Of a DNA stretch of 32,000 nucleotides, positions 16,814-27,372 are shown piece by piece; the first letter of the stretch is position 1; every line of letters starts with the position of its first letter. Origin of the DNA: Candidatus Hadarchaeota archaeon (GTDB taxonomy: Archaea; Hadarchaeota; Hadarchaeia; Hadarchaeales; Hadarchaeaceae); contig CAZETV010000001.1 in the NCBI GenBank assembly GCA_964514965.1, positions 60,001-92,000 of the forward strand, read 5' to 3'. A program made the translations under genes and the position numbers. The notes beneath the pieces are model-generated. The model ran no database searches and was not told the origin of the DNA. It saw only the letters and a program-made list of their open reading frames with translations.

Positions 16814-17562
16814 AAGTGGAAGAGCGATTGAAACGAACCATAGCTCGAGAGGGTGCAGCTCACTTAACGCTTATAGACCCAGCAAAACAGGCTCCGAGAG
16901 TCGCCGCGCAAATAGCGTCGGATGCTGCATCTGCAGGAAGTGATGGCATTATGGTTGGTGGCTCTACTCGCGCGGGTGGCAGTCTCCTTGACCGGACTGT
17001 AGCGGAGATAAAAAAAGCCATAAAACTTCCTGTTATCCTTTTTCCCGCAAGTGAAGCAGGGATAAGCCAGCATGCGGATGCAATCTTTTTCATGAGCATG
17101 CTCAACTCCCGTGACCCCTATTTTATCACTGGTGCTCAAAAGTGCGGGGCGCCGCTCATAAAACAATTAAAGTTGGAAACCTTGCCTATGGCCTATTTAT
17201 TGGTCGAACCTGGTCAGGCGGTCGGGAAGGTCGGGAAAGCAGACCTTCTCCCCCGCACCAAACCTGAGCTGGCCGCGGCATACGCGCTTACGGCGCAATA
17301 TCTGGGGATGAGGTTTGTCTACTTAGAGGCTGGTTCAGGGGCGCCTATGCCAGTGCCGGCAAGCATGGTGCGAGCGGTGCGGGAGTCAACGCAAGCGACG
17401 CTCATTGTGGGAGGCGGGATAAAAACACCGAGAGCGGCTGCCGAGCGCGTGAAAGCTGGTGCGGATATTATTGTAACTGGGACCATCGTTGAGCGCGCAA
17501 AAGATAGGGTAAAAAAAATTCGTGAAATAGTGAAAGCAATTAAACTAGGCCGCGGTGCTTAG
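16810..17562 (+). CDS. Geranylgeranylglyceryl phosphate synthase family
   Basis: 250 aa. [81 protein letters not shown]. Confidence 0.92.
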   Translation: MKVEERLKRTIAREGAAHLTLIDPAKQAPRVAAQIASDAASAGSDGIMVGGSTRAGGSLLDRTVAEIKKAIKLPVILFPASEAGISQHADAIFFMSMLNSRDPYFITGAQKCGAPLIKQLKLETLPMAYLLVEPGQAVGKVGKADLLPRTKPELAAAYALTAQYLGMRFVYLEAGSGAPMPVPASMVRAVRESTQATLIVGGGIKTPRAAAERVKAGADIIVTGTIVERAKDRVKKIREIVKAIKLGRGA

Positions 17563-17758
17563 CGCAGGAAATGCAAGCGTAACCTTTGAAGCTTGGAGTA
17601 AAAACGCGCCTCCGATCGATACCGGGAATCTTGGGGTCAACCCTGAAGCCTTTCCTCACTGATACGGCTTTTATTCTAGGCACCATTCGCCCGCAATATA
17701 CACAGGGGACTGGCTGACTTCGCCCTCCCGCACGATAGCGACCCCATTTTTTACCCAT
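17540..17758 (-). CDS. rps26e: Ribosomal protein S26e
   Basis: 72 aa [72 protein letters not shown]; matches archaeal S26e pattern C-x2-CGRxVPRxKA ... C-x2-CA. 3' end overlaps the GGGP synthase gene antisense by 23 nt. Confidence 0.78.
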   Translation of the reverse strand: MGKKWGRYRAGGRSQPVPCVYCGRMVPRIKAVSVRKGFRVDPKIPGIDRRRVFTPSFKGYACISCAKHRGLV

Positions 17759-17974
17759 TTTCTCAACTGCACATTATTCGGAATTGTAGGCTATAACTAT
17801 TTTGGGTGATTAAAAGTTCGCATTGACTGTTCCATCTTCCCTCGACTTTGCCTTTTCGGGGTCGCGGATCGCCCGATTAATGGAATTTATTCAGGATTTC
17901 CCGATTCTTACGAACTTTTACGAAAGTGTTAAATCATATTAAAAAAATCCTTATAGAGTCGGAGTGAAATCTCC

Positions 17975-18517
17975 ATGAATGGCATGATAGAGATAAGATT
18001 TCACGGTCGCGGTGGGCAAGGAGCAGTGACCGCGGCTAGGTTGCTTGCCGAGGCGGCTTTTGCGGAAGGTAAACATAGCCAAGCTCTCCCATTTTTTGGG
18101 GCTGAAAGAAGAGGGGCGCCCGTGCTCGCGTTCACGCGAATAGATAGCAGGCCAATCCGCATCCGCACGCAAATTTACGAACCTGACTATGTGGTGGTGC
18201 TAGACCCTTCACTGCTGGAAGTTGTGAACGTCGCTTCTGGCATAAAGCAAGGTGGACTAATAGTGCTCAACTCTAAAAAAAATGCACAATTTCCCAATGC
18301 TAAAAGCGCTTTCGTTGATGCTACTTCGATAGCGAAGGAGATGCTAGGGGTGCCGATAACAAACACAGCCATGCTGGGCGCTTTTACGAAGGCGACGAAG
18401 CTCTTGTCGTTGGATTCGCTCATAAATGTGATCAAAGGACGCTTTTCAAGTAAACTTGCAGAAAAAAACATCGCTGCGATAAAAGCAGCGTATGAACAAA
18501 CAAAGGTGATGACATGA
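17975..18517 (+). CDS. porG: 2-oxoacid (pyruvate):ferredoxin oxidoreductase, gamma subunit
   Basis: 180 aa. [44 protein letters not shown]. Confidence 0.92.
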
Positions 18518-18774
18518 AATTACCCCCTAGCACGATTATCCTTAAACCGGGGAATAGTGAGCAAAATGAAACTGGCAGTTGGCGGAGCCTCAAACCAGTG
18601 GTCGATGCTGAAAAATGCAATGGATGCGGGCTGTGCTGGCTTTATTGCCCTGAGCCAGCAATTACCAAGGGCAAACCTGTTGTTATTGATTACCGATATT
18701 GTAAGGGCTGTGGTATCTGTGCCAATGAATGTCCAGTCAAAGCGATAGTGATGGTTGAGGAGGGACAAAAATGA
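18514..18774 (+). CDS. porD: 2-oxoacid (pyruvate):ferredoxin oxidoreductase, delta subunit (2x[4Fe-4S])
   Basis: 86 aa. [16 protein letters not shown] and [16 protein letters not shown]; 4-nt overlaps on both sides. Confidence 0.93.
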   Translation: MKLPPSTIILKPGNSEQNETGSWRSLKPVVDAEKCNGCGLCWLYCPEPAITKGKPVVIDYRYCKGCGICANECPVKAIVMVEEGQK

Positions 18775-19955
18775 GGCAACTGGTTACTGGTGACGACGCC
18801 GCTGCTATCGCCGCAAAGCTTGCACGCGTCAAGGTCATCTCAGCTTACCCAATAACCCCGCAGACGATAATCGTAGAGCGACTTGCCGAATTCGTGGCTA
18901 ATGGTGAGCTGGATGCAGAATACATTAAAGTGGAGTCAGAACACAGTGCACTAAGTGCCTGCTTAGGTTCTGCAGCTGTAGGGGCAAGGACATTCACTGC
19001 GACTTCCTCTCAGGGACTAATGCTCATGAGCGAGATATTGTTCGTCGCTTCTGGCATGCGGTTGCCCATTGTCATGGCGAACGCAAATCGCTCGCTCTCT
19101 GCGCCGCTCAGCATTTGGTGCGACCAACAAGACTCAGTAGCTGTGCGCGATTGCGGTTGGATACAACTTTATTGCGAGAATAACCAAGAGATTTTCGACT
19201 CAACTCTTCAAGCATTCCGCATCGCTGAAGAGTCCTTGCTTCCAGTGATGGTCTGTTTTGATGGATATATTCTTTCACACACGGCCGAGCCCGTGGAGAT
19301 TCCTGAGCAAGCTGAAGTCGATAAATTCTTGCCGCCCCACAAGTATCCTTATCCCCTCGATCCCGAGAAGCCCAGCACGATGGGTGCGGTCGGAGTACCG
19401 GACTATTATGAGGAATTTAGGTATCTGTTGCAAGAAGCCGTACTCAAATCGAAGGAAAAAATAATTGAAGTTGGACAAGCATTCGGCAAGCAATTTGGAA
19501 GGAAAAGTAGCCTCATCGAGTGTTACCGAAGTGATGATGCAGATATGATTTTGTTAACAATGGGCTCGTTGAGCGGCAGCGTTAAAGAGGTGATTGATGA
19601 GTATCGCGCTCACGGTGAACGAGTTGGGCTCGTGAAGGTGCGAGCATTCAGACCCTTTCCAGAAAAAGAGTTAATGGACTCGCTTGGTCACGCCAAGGCC
19701 GTAGCTGTACTCGAAAAAGATTTCTCGCCCGGTTCCACTGGGGCACTTTTTTCGAACCTTTCTGGGGCGTTTGTAAATTATAAAGATGCTCCGCTCTTGT
19801 TGAATTTCATTTGTGGTCTTGGTGGACGTGATGTTTCATCGCTTCAAATTAGGGAAGCGACCAAAGCAGCGATGGAAGCAGTGAAAACCGGTGAGGTCAA
19901 AAAAACTGTTCACTGGTTAGGATTGAGAGAAACTATGGTGGGGTTAAAACCATGA
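18771..19955 (+). CDS. porA: 2-oxoacid (pyruvate):ferredoxin oxidoreductase, alpha subunit
   Basis: 394 aa. [54 protein letters not shown]. Confidence 0.93.
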   Translation: MRQLVTGDDAAAIAAKLARVKVISAYPITPQTIIVERLAEFVANGELDAEYIKVESEHSALSACLGSAAVGARTFTATSSQGLMLMSEILFVASGMRLPIVMANANRSLSAPLSIWCDQQDSVAVRDCGWIQLYCENNQEIFDSTLQAFRIAEESLLPVMVCFDGYILSHTAEPVEIPEQAEVDKFLPPHKYPYPLDPEKPSTMGAVGVPDYYEEFRYLLQEAVLKSKEKIIEVGQAFGKQFGRKSSLIECYRSDDADMILLTMGSLSGSVKEVIDEYRAHGERVGLVKVRAFRPFPEKELMDSLGHAKAVAVLEKDFSPGSTGALFSNLSGAFVNYKDAPLLLNFICGLGGRDVSSLQIREATKAAMEAVKTGEVKKTVHWLGLRETMVGLKP

Positions 19956-20824
19956 GCCCCGTGCCCGAAGAAGAATTGCTCGCGCCGGGACATCGCGCAT
20001 GCCCAGGGTGCGGTAGCATCCTTGCGATACGGTACGCGCTAAAAGCTCTTGGTAAAAACACCATTGTTTGTGCTCCAACTGGTTGCATGGAGGTCGTGAC
20101 CACGCCATACCCAGAAACCGCTTGGCGAGTGCCTTGGATACATGTGGCTTTTGAGAATGCCGCCGCAGTTGCTTCTGGAGTTGAGGCTGGTCTGAAAAGT
20201 TTGGGTAAACGTGGCGTCAAGGTCGTTGCAATAGGTGGTGATGGAGGCACTGTAGATATCGGGCTTCAAGCTCTTTCTGGAATGGTCGAGCGCAACCACA
20301 ATGTGCTTTACATTTGCACTGACAACGAGGCTTACATGAACACTGGGATTCAGCGAAGTGGAGCGACACCCTACAGCGCATGGACAACTACAACACCTAT
20401 AGGCAAGGTGAAGCGAGGTGAGGACCTCCCGAAAAAAGACATGCCGGCAATAATCGCGGCTCACCGTGCTCCTTACGTTGCGACCGCTTCAGTTGGCTAC
20501 CCTCTCGATTTCATTAAAAAAGTGGAGAAGGCAGCCTCGATCGAAGGACCAACATACATCCATGTGCATTGCCCGTGCGGTCCTGGATGGAGAATCGATT
20601 CCGGCAATACTATTGGAGTCGCCAAGCTTGCAGTGTTGACAGGAATGTGGAATCTCTATGAGATCGATAATGGCGTGTTTAAGCTCACTTTTAAGCCGCC
20701 TAAGCGAAAGCCGGTGGCAGATTACTTGAAAGTGCAGGGGAGATTTAAGCATCTAACTGAAGATGAAATCGCGGAGATTCAGCGGGCGGTAGATGAACAG
20801 TGGAAGCGCTTCGGCATCAGTTAG
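19952..20824 (+). CDS. porB: 2-oxoacid (pyruvate):ferredoxin oxidoreductase, beta subunit
   Basis: 290 aa. [60 protein letters not shown]. Confidence 0.93.
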   Translation: MSPVPEEELLAPGHRACPGCGSILAIRYALKALGKNTIVCAPTGCMEVVTTPYPETAWRVPWIHVAFENAAAVASGVEAGLKSLGKRGVKVVAIGGDGGTVDIGLQALSGMVERNHNVLYICTDNEAYMNTGIQRSGATPYSAWTTTTPIGKVKRGEDLPKKDMPAIIAAHRAPYVATASVGYPLDFIKKVEKAASIEGPTYIHVHCPCGPGWRIDSGNTIGVAKLAVLTGMWNLYEIDNGVFKLTFKPPKRKPVADYLKVQGRFKHLTEDEIAEIQRAVDEQWKRFGIS

Positions 20825-20860
20825 ATGAATTTTTAAAACTGAAGCCTGACCTGTTTTAAA

Positions 20861-23182
20861 TTGGGTGGGGATTTGCGCGCTCGTGCTGAAATAGCGGTCA
20901 CTGGAATAGTGCAGGGAGTAGGATTTAGACCGTTCATCTATCGACTTGCCACTCATCATGGGCTCACTGGCTTCGTCCGGAACATGGGCGACGCGGGAGT
21001 GCAGGCGGTCGTCGAGGGTGATAAAAGGGCAATTGAAAAATTTGTCAGCTTGTTGTGTCCCGAGCAACCACCGCTCGCGAGAATAGATAATGTTCGGGTT
21101 GTGTGGAAGAATCCAACCAACGAATTCGCTATTTTTAGGGTAGTACCGAGTGAAAAGAGCGGCTTGGGACTTCCTTCGGTAGTGCCACCTGATCTCGCGC
21201 TCTGCGACGATTGCTTACACGAGATGCTCGACCCAAACGACCGACGTCATAATTATCCATTCATTACTTGCGTCAACTGTGGCCCTCGCTTCACTATCAT
21301 CGAGAAGCTCCCCTACGACCGACCTCGAACTTCAATGAAGACTTTTCCGCTCTGCGACGATTGTCTCCGCGAATATCAGAATCCCCCTGACCGACGATAT
21401 CACGCAGAACCGACATGTTGCTCCGTCTGCGGTCCTCAAATGAAACTCCACGATGCAGAGGGGAATCCCATTGATGTGCATGAACCGCTGCGTGAGGTAG
21501 CGCGTCTGCTTGATGGTGGTAGTATGGTCGCCATCAAGGGGATAGGAGGAATTCACATAGCATCGAAAACAACCGAGGATGAAGCACTTGCACGCATGCG
21601 GAGGGCATTCAACCGCTTTCAGCAGCCATTTGCGGTAATGTCTAGAGATATTAAGACAATCCAGACTTTTGCGGAAGTCAGTAAAGCCGAACTTGAGTTG
21701 CTGAAATCCTTTCGACGGCCGATAGTTGTGCTTCAACGCTCTAGCGATTATATGCTTTCAGAGCTCGTGGCACCCGGTTTGGATTCAGTTGGCGTGATGC
21801 TGCCTTACTCGGGGATTTATCATCTCATTCTGAATTACGGCAAGGATCCGGCCTACGTTATGACGAGCGCAAATATCGCTGGGTTACCGATGATAATAGA
21901 TGATACTGAAGCTTTCAGAAAGCTGCGAGGAGTGGTCGATTACTTTCTATTTCATGATAGGCTAATCGTCAACCGATGTGATGACTCTGTGATTAAGGAG
22001 GTCGATGGAAAGCCAGCATTTTTGAGGCGTTCGCGAGGTTTCGTGCCGGAACCCGTGAAGCTTAATTTTGTGAGTGATAAAAAAGTGCTCGCATTGGGTG
22101 CTGAACTCAATGTGACTTGCTCGGTTCTGACTGGCGACCGGTGCTTCCCCAGTCAACATATAGGCGACACTACAAAAGTGGAAACTTTCAAATACATGCA
22201 ATCAGCTGCTGAGCGACTTATGTGCTTGTTAAACTTGGACTCAGTTGACATAGTTGTTCACGATTTACACCCCAACTATGCAACGACAATGATTGCACCG
22301 CGGATGGCAAAGAAGCTCGGAGCAAGAACCCTCTCTGCGCAACATCATCACGCTCACCTTGTTGCCCTGATGGCAGAACATAGTCTCAGCGAGTTCGTCG
22401 GCATCGCCATAGATGGTGTTGGGTATGGTTCAGATGGCACGATATGGGGTGGAGAAGTCATGTTGGCCGATTTGAACTCGTTTAAACGTGTGGGCGGGCT
22501 AATGAGCCAGCGCATGCCTGGAGGTGACTTGGCGGCGATATTTCCAGCGCGCATGGTTGCAGGCATCCTCTGGCAGCACATCGAGCGTGAGGAGCTTGAG
22601 CGGGTTCTGGACGAGTTCTGCGCGAGTAGCTTCAGACGCGGAAAGCGAGAGAGAGAGATAGTTCTTCGCCAACTCGAGCGCGATTTGAACGTGTTTCGAA
22701 CGAGTAGTTGCGGTAGAGTACTCGATGCCATCGCCTGCCTGCTCGGGATTTGCAACGAACGAACCTACGAGGGCGAGCCGGCAATCAAGCTTGAGGCGGT
22801 AGCAAACAGGGGGGACGCAGGAAAAGTGAGACTAGAACCAGTAATCGAAAAGATCGGCGGGATGGTGGTCGTTAACACATCTAGGTTGCTTATGGATGTA
22901 CTCGATGCCCTCCGAGCACGAGTTTCCCGCGAACACATCGCGGCTGCGGCTCAACAAGCTATCGCTCGGGGATTGGCGTCAATCGCTATCGATACAGCTT
23001 CATCTAACGGAATTGGAGTTGTCGGAGGGTCAGGTGGGGTGTTCTACAACAAATCTATCACTACAGCAGTGCACAGAGAAGTCGAGAAAGCTGGATTGAG
23101 GTTTGTCCAACACGAGTTTCTACCCCCGGGTGATGGTGGCATCTCCGTCGGGCAGGCAATCATCGCAGTAAAACGGTCATAA
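20861..23182 (+). CDS. hypF: Carbamoyltransferase HypF
   Basis: 773 aa, TTG start. Acylphosphatase domain GIVQGVGFRPFIYRLA, paired zinc fingers CDDC...CVNCGPRFT and CDDC...CSVCGP, YrdC-like and Kae1-like domains (QHHHAHLVALMAEH). Confidence 0.95.
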   Translation: MGGDLRARAEIAVTGIVQGVGFRPFIYRLATHHGLTGFVRNMGDAGVQAVVEGDKRAIEKFVSLLCPEQPPLARIDNVRVVWKNPTNEFAIFRVVPSEKSGLGLPSVVPPDLALCDDCLHEMLDPNDRRHNYPFITCVNCGPRFTIIEKLPYDRPRTSMKTFPLCDDCLREYQNPPDRRYHAEPTCCSVCGPQMKLHDAEGNPIDVHEPLREVARLLDGGSMVAIKGIGGIHIASKTTEDEALARMRRAFNRFQQPFAVMSRDIKTIQTFAEVSKAELELLKSFRRPIVVLQRSSDYMLSELVAPGLDSVGVMLPYSGIYHLILNYGKDPAYVMTSANIAGLPMIIDDTEAFRKLRGVVDYFLFHDRLIVNRCDDSVIKEVDGKPAFLRRSRGFVPEPVKLNFVSDKKVLALGAELNVTCSVLTGDRCFPSQHIGDTTKVETFKYMQSAAERLMCLLNLDSVDIVVHDLHPNYATTMIAPRMAKKLGARTLSAQHHHAHLVALMAEHSLSEFVGIAIDGVGYGSDGTIWGGEVMLADLNSFKRVGGLMSQRMPGGDLAAIFPARMVAGILWQHIEREELERVLDEFCASSFRRGKREREIVLRQLERDLNVFRTSSCGRVLDAIACLLGICNERTYEGEPAIKLEAVANRGDAGKVRLEPVIEKIGGMVVVNTSRLLMDVLDALRARVSREHIAAAAQQAIARGLASIAIDTASSNGIGVVGGSGGVFYNKSITTAVHREVEKAGLRFVQHEFLPPGDGGISVGQAIIAVKRS

Positions 23183-23185
23183 AAA

Positions 23186-23785
23186 TTATACACCCATGGC
23201 CCAGAGGAGCACTAAAATTGAGTTGTAAGCGTTGTGGGTTATAATCGCTCCAGCCAGTCCGCTTACCAGATAGCAGATTCCTAGCAGAAGTCCAGCCCCA
23301 AGCAAAGGTATCACAAACGCAGGGTAAGTACCGGGATTTGAGAGGTGGAATGTAGCGAAGATGATGGTTGAGACCAGCACCCCCATCCATTTCGAGCGAG
23401 TCCGCCGTGCCACTTCCTCAAGTAAAATACCCCTGAATATCCACTCCTCAAAGATAGGCAGCAAGTTGACCATCATGAGCAACAACAACGGATATTGCTC
23501 TTGGAGCGCAGTGAAGGGATACTCCTCCGTCGAGTACATCTCCACCCCCGCTCCATGAAGGATATTTCCTACTATAATCGTCATGGCGAGTGCCGCAGCG
23601 GTAAATGCAAGTGAAATTAAGATAAGTTTAATTGACTCCCGCATTCGCATTTGACGCGCTATAGGTAACCAATGGTTTGGCCGTATTCGCTCGAGGTAAG
23701 AGGGTCTCAACGCAACGAGCTTACCGACTACGAGGCCAAGCGCGATGCCGGATAGGAGAATTCTAGCGAGGTCGAGCCAGAGCAA
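23186..23785 (-). CDS. CPBP-family intramembrane glutamic endopeptidase-like protein
   Basis: 199 aa. FEEWIFRGILLEE (EExxxR), FATFHLSN, THNAYN. Multi-pass. Confidence 0.82.
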   Translation of the reverse strand: MLWLDLARILLSGIALGLVVGKLVALRPSYLERIRPNHWLPIARQMRMRESIKLILISLAFTAAALAMTIIVGNILHGAGVEMYSTEEYPFTALQEQYPLLLLMMVNLLPIFEEWIFRGILLEEVARRTRSKWMGVLVSTIIFATFHLSNPGTYPAFVIPLLGAGLLLGICYLVSGLAGAIITHNAYNSILVLLWAMGV

Positions 23786-23790
23786 CTAAA

Positions 23791-24027
23791 TCACGGAACA
23801 TATTTTTTAGAGAGTTTTTCGTAGCGCCGATTTAAGGATGTACTTACCTTTATCGTCCATGTGGGCTTGTTTTCTCGCTGTCGGCGCTCGACTTTTCCTT
23901 CCTCAGCCAGTCTAAAGAGATCGACCCGTAGTTGGGTGATGTCGATCCCAGTTTTCTGAGAAAGCTCTTCGATGGTGAGCGCGACTCCGGCCTCTCTTAA
24001 CGCCTTGAGAATTTCATCCTTTCGCAA
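23791..24027 (-). CDS. Small winged-helix/HTH DNA-binding-like protein
   Basis: Track ORF starts at 24141 with an unlikely N-terminal extension. TTG at 24027 with GAGGTG RBS gives LRKDEILKALREAGVALTIEELSQKTGIDITQLRVDLFRLAEEGKVERRQREN..., a wHTH pattern. Confidence 0.65.
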   Translation of the reverse strand: MRKDEILKALREAGVALTIEELSQKTGIDITQLRVDLFRLAEEGKVERRQRENKPTWTIKVSTSLNRRYEKLSKKYVP

Positions 24028-24031
24028 GTTT

Positions 24032-24358
24032 TCACCTCTTCTCCAACTTTTCGAGTACTTCAAGAATAGGTTTAATACGGTCGAGCAGCTCCAAGGTCTT
24101 GGCGTGGTCAGTTTCCTTTTCGAGCTGAGCAGCAAGCGCATTTAGTTTAGTACGTAGGACATCTCCAACTTTCTCGGTGAGGGCAGCTTTGGGCTTAGCT
24201 TCAGCTTTCGCGGCTTCGGTTCTCCCGCCACAAACAGGGCAGACGACTTTCCCCTTAAACTCGAATAGAGGCCCCTTGCAGGTGCCGCAGTGCATCGAAA
24301 GCATCTTCCCCCCGCCGAGGAGCATTTCCGTCATCTTAGCTATTCTTTCGTCTTGCAT
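24032..24358 (-). CDS. Sjogren syndrome/scleroderma autoantigen 1 (p27) family zinc-ribbon protein
   Basis: 108 aa. MTEMLLGGGKMLSMHCGTCKGPLFEFKGKVVCPVCGG matches the autoantigen-p27 family. Confidence 0.85.
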   Translation of the reverse strand: MQDERIAKMTEMLLGGGKMLSMHCGTCKGPLFEFKGKVVCPVCGGRTEAAKAEAKPKAALTEKVGDVLRTKLNALAAQLEKETDHAKTLELLDRIKPILEVLEKLEKR

Positions 24359-24399
24359 CTGACCCCAAACTCTTTATGAGGCCCCTTCCTTAAAATTAA

Positions 24400-24687
24400 G
24401 TGGATTGGATATGCGGACGGGTGATAACCGTGTCCTCGGATGTCAAACTAAGGCAAGTAGCGGAAATAATGGCGCGTGTGGCAGAGGATACTTCAGTTCC
24501 CCGCAATATTCGAAGAGCTGCTAACGAAGCTAAGAATGCCCTATTGAAACAGGAGGGCGATTCAGTTCTCAAGGCTTCTTCTGCGACAATGATACTTGAC
24601 GAAATAAGTAATGACCCCAATATGCCCATCCACACTCGAACGACGATATGGAGTGCCCTCAGCGTCTTGGAAACAATCCGCGAGTGA
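24400..24687 (+). CDS. UPF0147 family protein
   Basis: Core RQVAEIMARVAEDTSVPRNIRRAANEAKNALL...DEISNDPNMPIHTRTTIWSALSVLETIRE. Start uncertain: GTG at 24421 lies about 27 nt downstream of a TTAAAATT TATA-like box and may be the real (leaderless) start. Confidence 0.83.
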   Translation: MDWICGRVITVSSDVKLRQVAEIMARVAEDTSVPRNIRRAANEAKNALLKQEGDSVLKASSATMILDEISNDPNMPIHTRTTIWSALSVLETIRE

Positions 24688-24860
24688 GGTAAATCATTCT
24701 TGCGATACTCTCGACTGCCTCTGCCACGAGAAATGCTTTGTGTGGTGTATGCTTAATGGTTATTAACTCGCGTTTTTTCCACGATGAACTTTTGGGCTGT
24801 GTTGGAAACCGTTATAGCCTCTGGGGTTTCTTAACTTTTGGTTAAAATTTAGGTGATTGT

Positions 24861-25214
24861 ATGGGATTAGATTTGAAAACTTTCGTCCAGATTCTCAAGA
24901 AAAAAGACACAAAAAATGCCAAGGAATGGCTTGAGCAAATCAGAAGCAGAGTTGATTTCAACGATGAGTTCGGGCAAGGTTATCTGCTGGCGCTGCGGGG
25001 TATGGTTGCGGCTCTTGAAGCCGGAGGAGAGCTGTCAGTGATTAACCGCGTGGTGAATGGAGAATACAAACAGGAACAAGTTTCAGAACTTGTCAAAAGT
25101 GTGCAGGAGAGGCTCGCATCGAAGTTTAGGCCCAAGGATGAAACGGGATTCTACACTGCGTTGGTTGAGGTGCTTCAGGAATTCTCTGGAGAAATGTCTG
25201 ACGTGCCTGCTTAG
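24861..25214 (+). CDS. Conserved-looking hypothetical protein, helical, 117 aa
   Basis: Isolated ORF with clean start, soluble helical composition; no family recognised with confidence. Confidence 0.6.
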   Translation: MGLDLKTFVQILKKKDTKNAKEWLEQIRSRVDFNDEFGQGYLLALRGMVAALEAGGELSVINRVVNGEYKQEQVSELVKSVQERLASKFRPKDETGFYTALVEVLQEFSGEMSDVPA

Positions 25215-25379
25215 TTTCTTTAAAGTATTGTAAGGATGTTTAGGATTCCGTGCATTGTGTCAGCTTTCTCGCACCCTATAACAATTAATTATAGGTTTTA
25301 AGTTCAAACCTGCAGTTGTTTTTAGCCTAGCAAATCCTTTATACACTTTCGGCGAGGGTATACGGTTGGAGGTTGCGTC

Positions 25380-26783
25380 ATGCTACATTTCATAGGGTTC
25401 ATTCTGCTCGCTCTAGGTGCTGTGATGTTGGTACCGACTCCAGTGACATTTATAGCGAACGAAACCTATTTGCTCCCATATTTCGTAGTCCCAGCAGTCA
25501 TCGTCTTAGTGCTAGGATTTTTCCTAAGGCGGCGTTTTCCACCTGTGGATATAACCTTGGGCAAGGCAATGGTGCTTGTCGCCATTAGTTGGATAATATT
25601 CTCGGCATTCGGCTCGATACCTTACATCTTCGGCAACCACATGCTAGTCGAGGACGCTTATTTTGAGAGCATGTCTGGTTTCACGGCTACAGGATTAACA
25701 ATGTTTTCTAATGTTGACGCAATTCAACCAACCATCCTTTTCTGGCGCAGTCTAACCGAGTGGGTGGGCGGTATGGGTGTGATCGTTCTCTTCTTAGCAG
25801 CTCTCATCGGCGCGGGGAAAGCAGCTCGGAAGATATATGTTGCTGAGGCGCGAGCTGATCGCATCGAGCCAAGTATTCGAGAAACTGCTCGTTCCTTATG
25901 GAAGATATACGTGTTACTCACTCTTCTGGGCATTGTTGGATTATACTTCGCAGGTGCACCCAACATGTCGCTGTTTGAAGCAGTTAACCACTCAATGACG
26001 GGAATTGCCACTGGCGGATTCAGCGTGCGCAACGCGAGTTTTGTGGGGTATAGCTTTCCCGTGCTTATAGTTACGATTTTGATAATGATGGCAGGCGCGA
26101 TTAGCTTCGCGGTCCATCGAAGAGTCATGACCGGGCATTGGCGAGAACTTTTCCAAAACATCGAGGTTCGGCTGATGCTCGTACTAATAGCGCTGGCCAC
26201 ACTTTTGCTTATGTGGAGCGTGGGATTGCAGAACGCACTATTTCAATCCGTTTCTGCTCTGACTGGAACAGGTTTCTCCACGACCAACCTCTCAACGTGG
26301 GGAGATCCCCAAAAGGGACTGCTCACGATTCTTATGGTTATAGGTGGAGGGTATGGTTCAACCTCGAGTGCGATCAAGCTCATCCGGACCGTAGTCATCG
26401 TTAAATCGGTCCACTGGATGATTAAGCGAAGCTTTCTTCCGGAGCGAGCTGTTGTGCCGATGAAAATATCTGGTAGGATTTACAGCGAACAGGAGATGAT
26501 GGAAACTTCCATTTATGCATTTCTCTACATTATCGTGCTGGTAAGCGGTGCAATAGTGCTGATGGCAATGGGCAACTCAGCCATTAATTCGGTATTTGAG
26601 TCGGCCTCAGCTCAAGGGAACGTTGGCTTATCTGTGGGGATAACTTCAGCAGCAATGCCCTTAGTTGGAAAGATAAGCCTGACAGTTCAAATGTTGGTAG
26701 GACGCCTTGAGATAATTCCGGTGATAGCGTTCGTTAGCTACCTGATAGCTAGGGTGCCTCGCCCTCGGCAGAAGCCCTTCTAG
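25380..26783 (+). CDS. trkH: TrkH/KtrB-family potassium uptake protein
   Basis: 467 aa membrane protein with four P-loops: SMSGFTATGLTMF, NHSMTGIATGGFSV, VSALTGTGFSTTN, SASAQGNVGLSVG. Confidence 0.92.
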   Translation: MLHFIGFILLALGAVMLVPTPVTFIANETYLLPYFVVPAVIVLVLGFFLRRRFPPVDITLGKAMVLVAISWIIFSAFGSIPYIFGNHMLVEDAYFESMSGFTATGLTMFSNVDAIQPTILFWRSLTEWVGGMGVIVLFLAALIGAGKAARKIYVAEARADRIEPSIRETARSLWKIYVLLTLLGIVGLYFAGAPNMSLFEAVNHSMTGIATGGFSVRNASFVGYSFPVLIVTILIMMAGAISFAVHRRVMTGHWRELFQNIEVRLMLVLIALATLLLMWSVGLQNALFQSVSALTGTGFSTTNLSTWGDPQKGLLTILMVIGGGYGSTSSAIKLIRTVVIVKSVHWMIKRSFLPERAVVPMKISGRIYSEQEMMETSIYAFLYIIVLVSGAIVLMAMGNSAINSVFESASAQGNVGLSVGITSAAMPLVGKISLTVQMLVGRLEIIPVIAFVSYLIARVPRPRQKPF

Positions 26784-27345
26784 ATGGCGGGCGCACGAAG
26801 ACACGGTATTTGTCGGAGCCCTCTAACTCCATTATTATCCGTTTTGCAATCAAGCCTTTCGGGTTGGTTAATCCCTTTACTCTTTTATCTAAATTATCAA
26901 AGTCCGCGAAGAAGCCCTTCTTCCGCTCTTCGATGATCGCCCACATAAGTTTCTTCCCTATTCCTGGGATGAGTTCAAGTTGGTGGAAGCGCGTAGTCAG
27001 AGGCGTGGCACGATTGAAGAATTCTATGAATCGTTCTGGGGCCTCGCTGATCAGTCCCTCTATTGCGACTGGCAGCTCTGCTTTTGCCGCAGCTGTGAGC
27101 TCATCGTAACCCACACGGCGTTTGATTCTTTCGACTTTGTCTCGCCCGCCTTTGCCTATAAAAACGCGTTCGTGAGGGGTAAATATCACTCCTGCTATGG
27201 GCACGATTTCAAGCAGGGTGAAAAACGTGTCTCCAAGAATTTGAGCTATGGGCTCACGCAAATGGATTGGCCTAGGGTCACCCGGGTTCCCATTAGGCAA
27301 GAAATCCAACACTACGCCTCGGTCTTCATACTTTTTGTCGACCAA
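26749..27345 (-). CDS. DUF655 family protein (helix-hairpin-helix, archaeal translation-cluster neighbour)
   Basis: 198 aa. VVLDFLPNG...FFTLLEIVP, RVFIGKG...VERIKRRVGYDELTAAAKAELP, HQLELIPGIGKKLMWAIIEERK. Confidence 0.87.
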   Translation of the reverse strand: MVDKKYEDRGVVLDFLPNGNPGDPRPIHLREPIAQILGDTFFTLLEIVPIAGVIFTPHERVFIGKGGRDKVERIKRRVGYDELTAAAKAELPVAIEGLISEAPERFIEFFNRATPLTTRFHQLELIPGIGKKLMWAIIEERKKGFFADFDNLDKRVKGLTNPKGLIAKRIIMELEGSDKYRVFVRPPSRRASAEGEAP

Positions 27346-27372
27346 GAATACGCGCCTCCAACTAACTAGAAA

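Noticed and set aside
21332-22755. Several ORFs antisense to hypF (21332..21736, 21962..22201, 22354..22755)
   Set aside because: Embedded in hypF, whose domains are continuous across the whole region; no independent coding signals.
23186-23785. CPBP-family protease as an abortive-infection (Abi) defence gene
   Set aside because: CPBP proteins have many roles, and no defence-related neighbours are present (hypF on one side, p27/wHTH genes on the other). A defence role is not supported.
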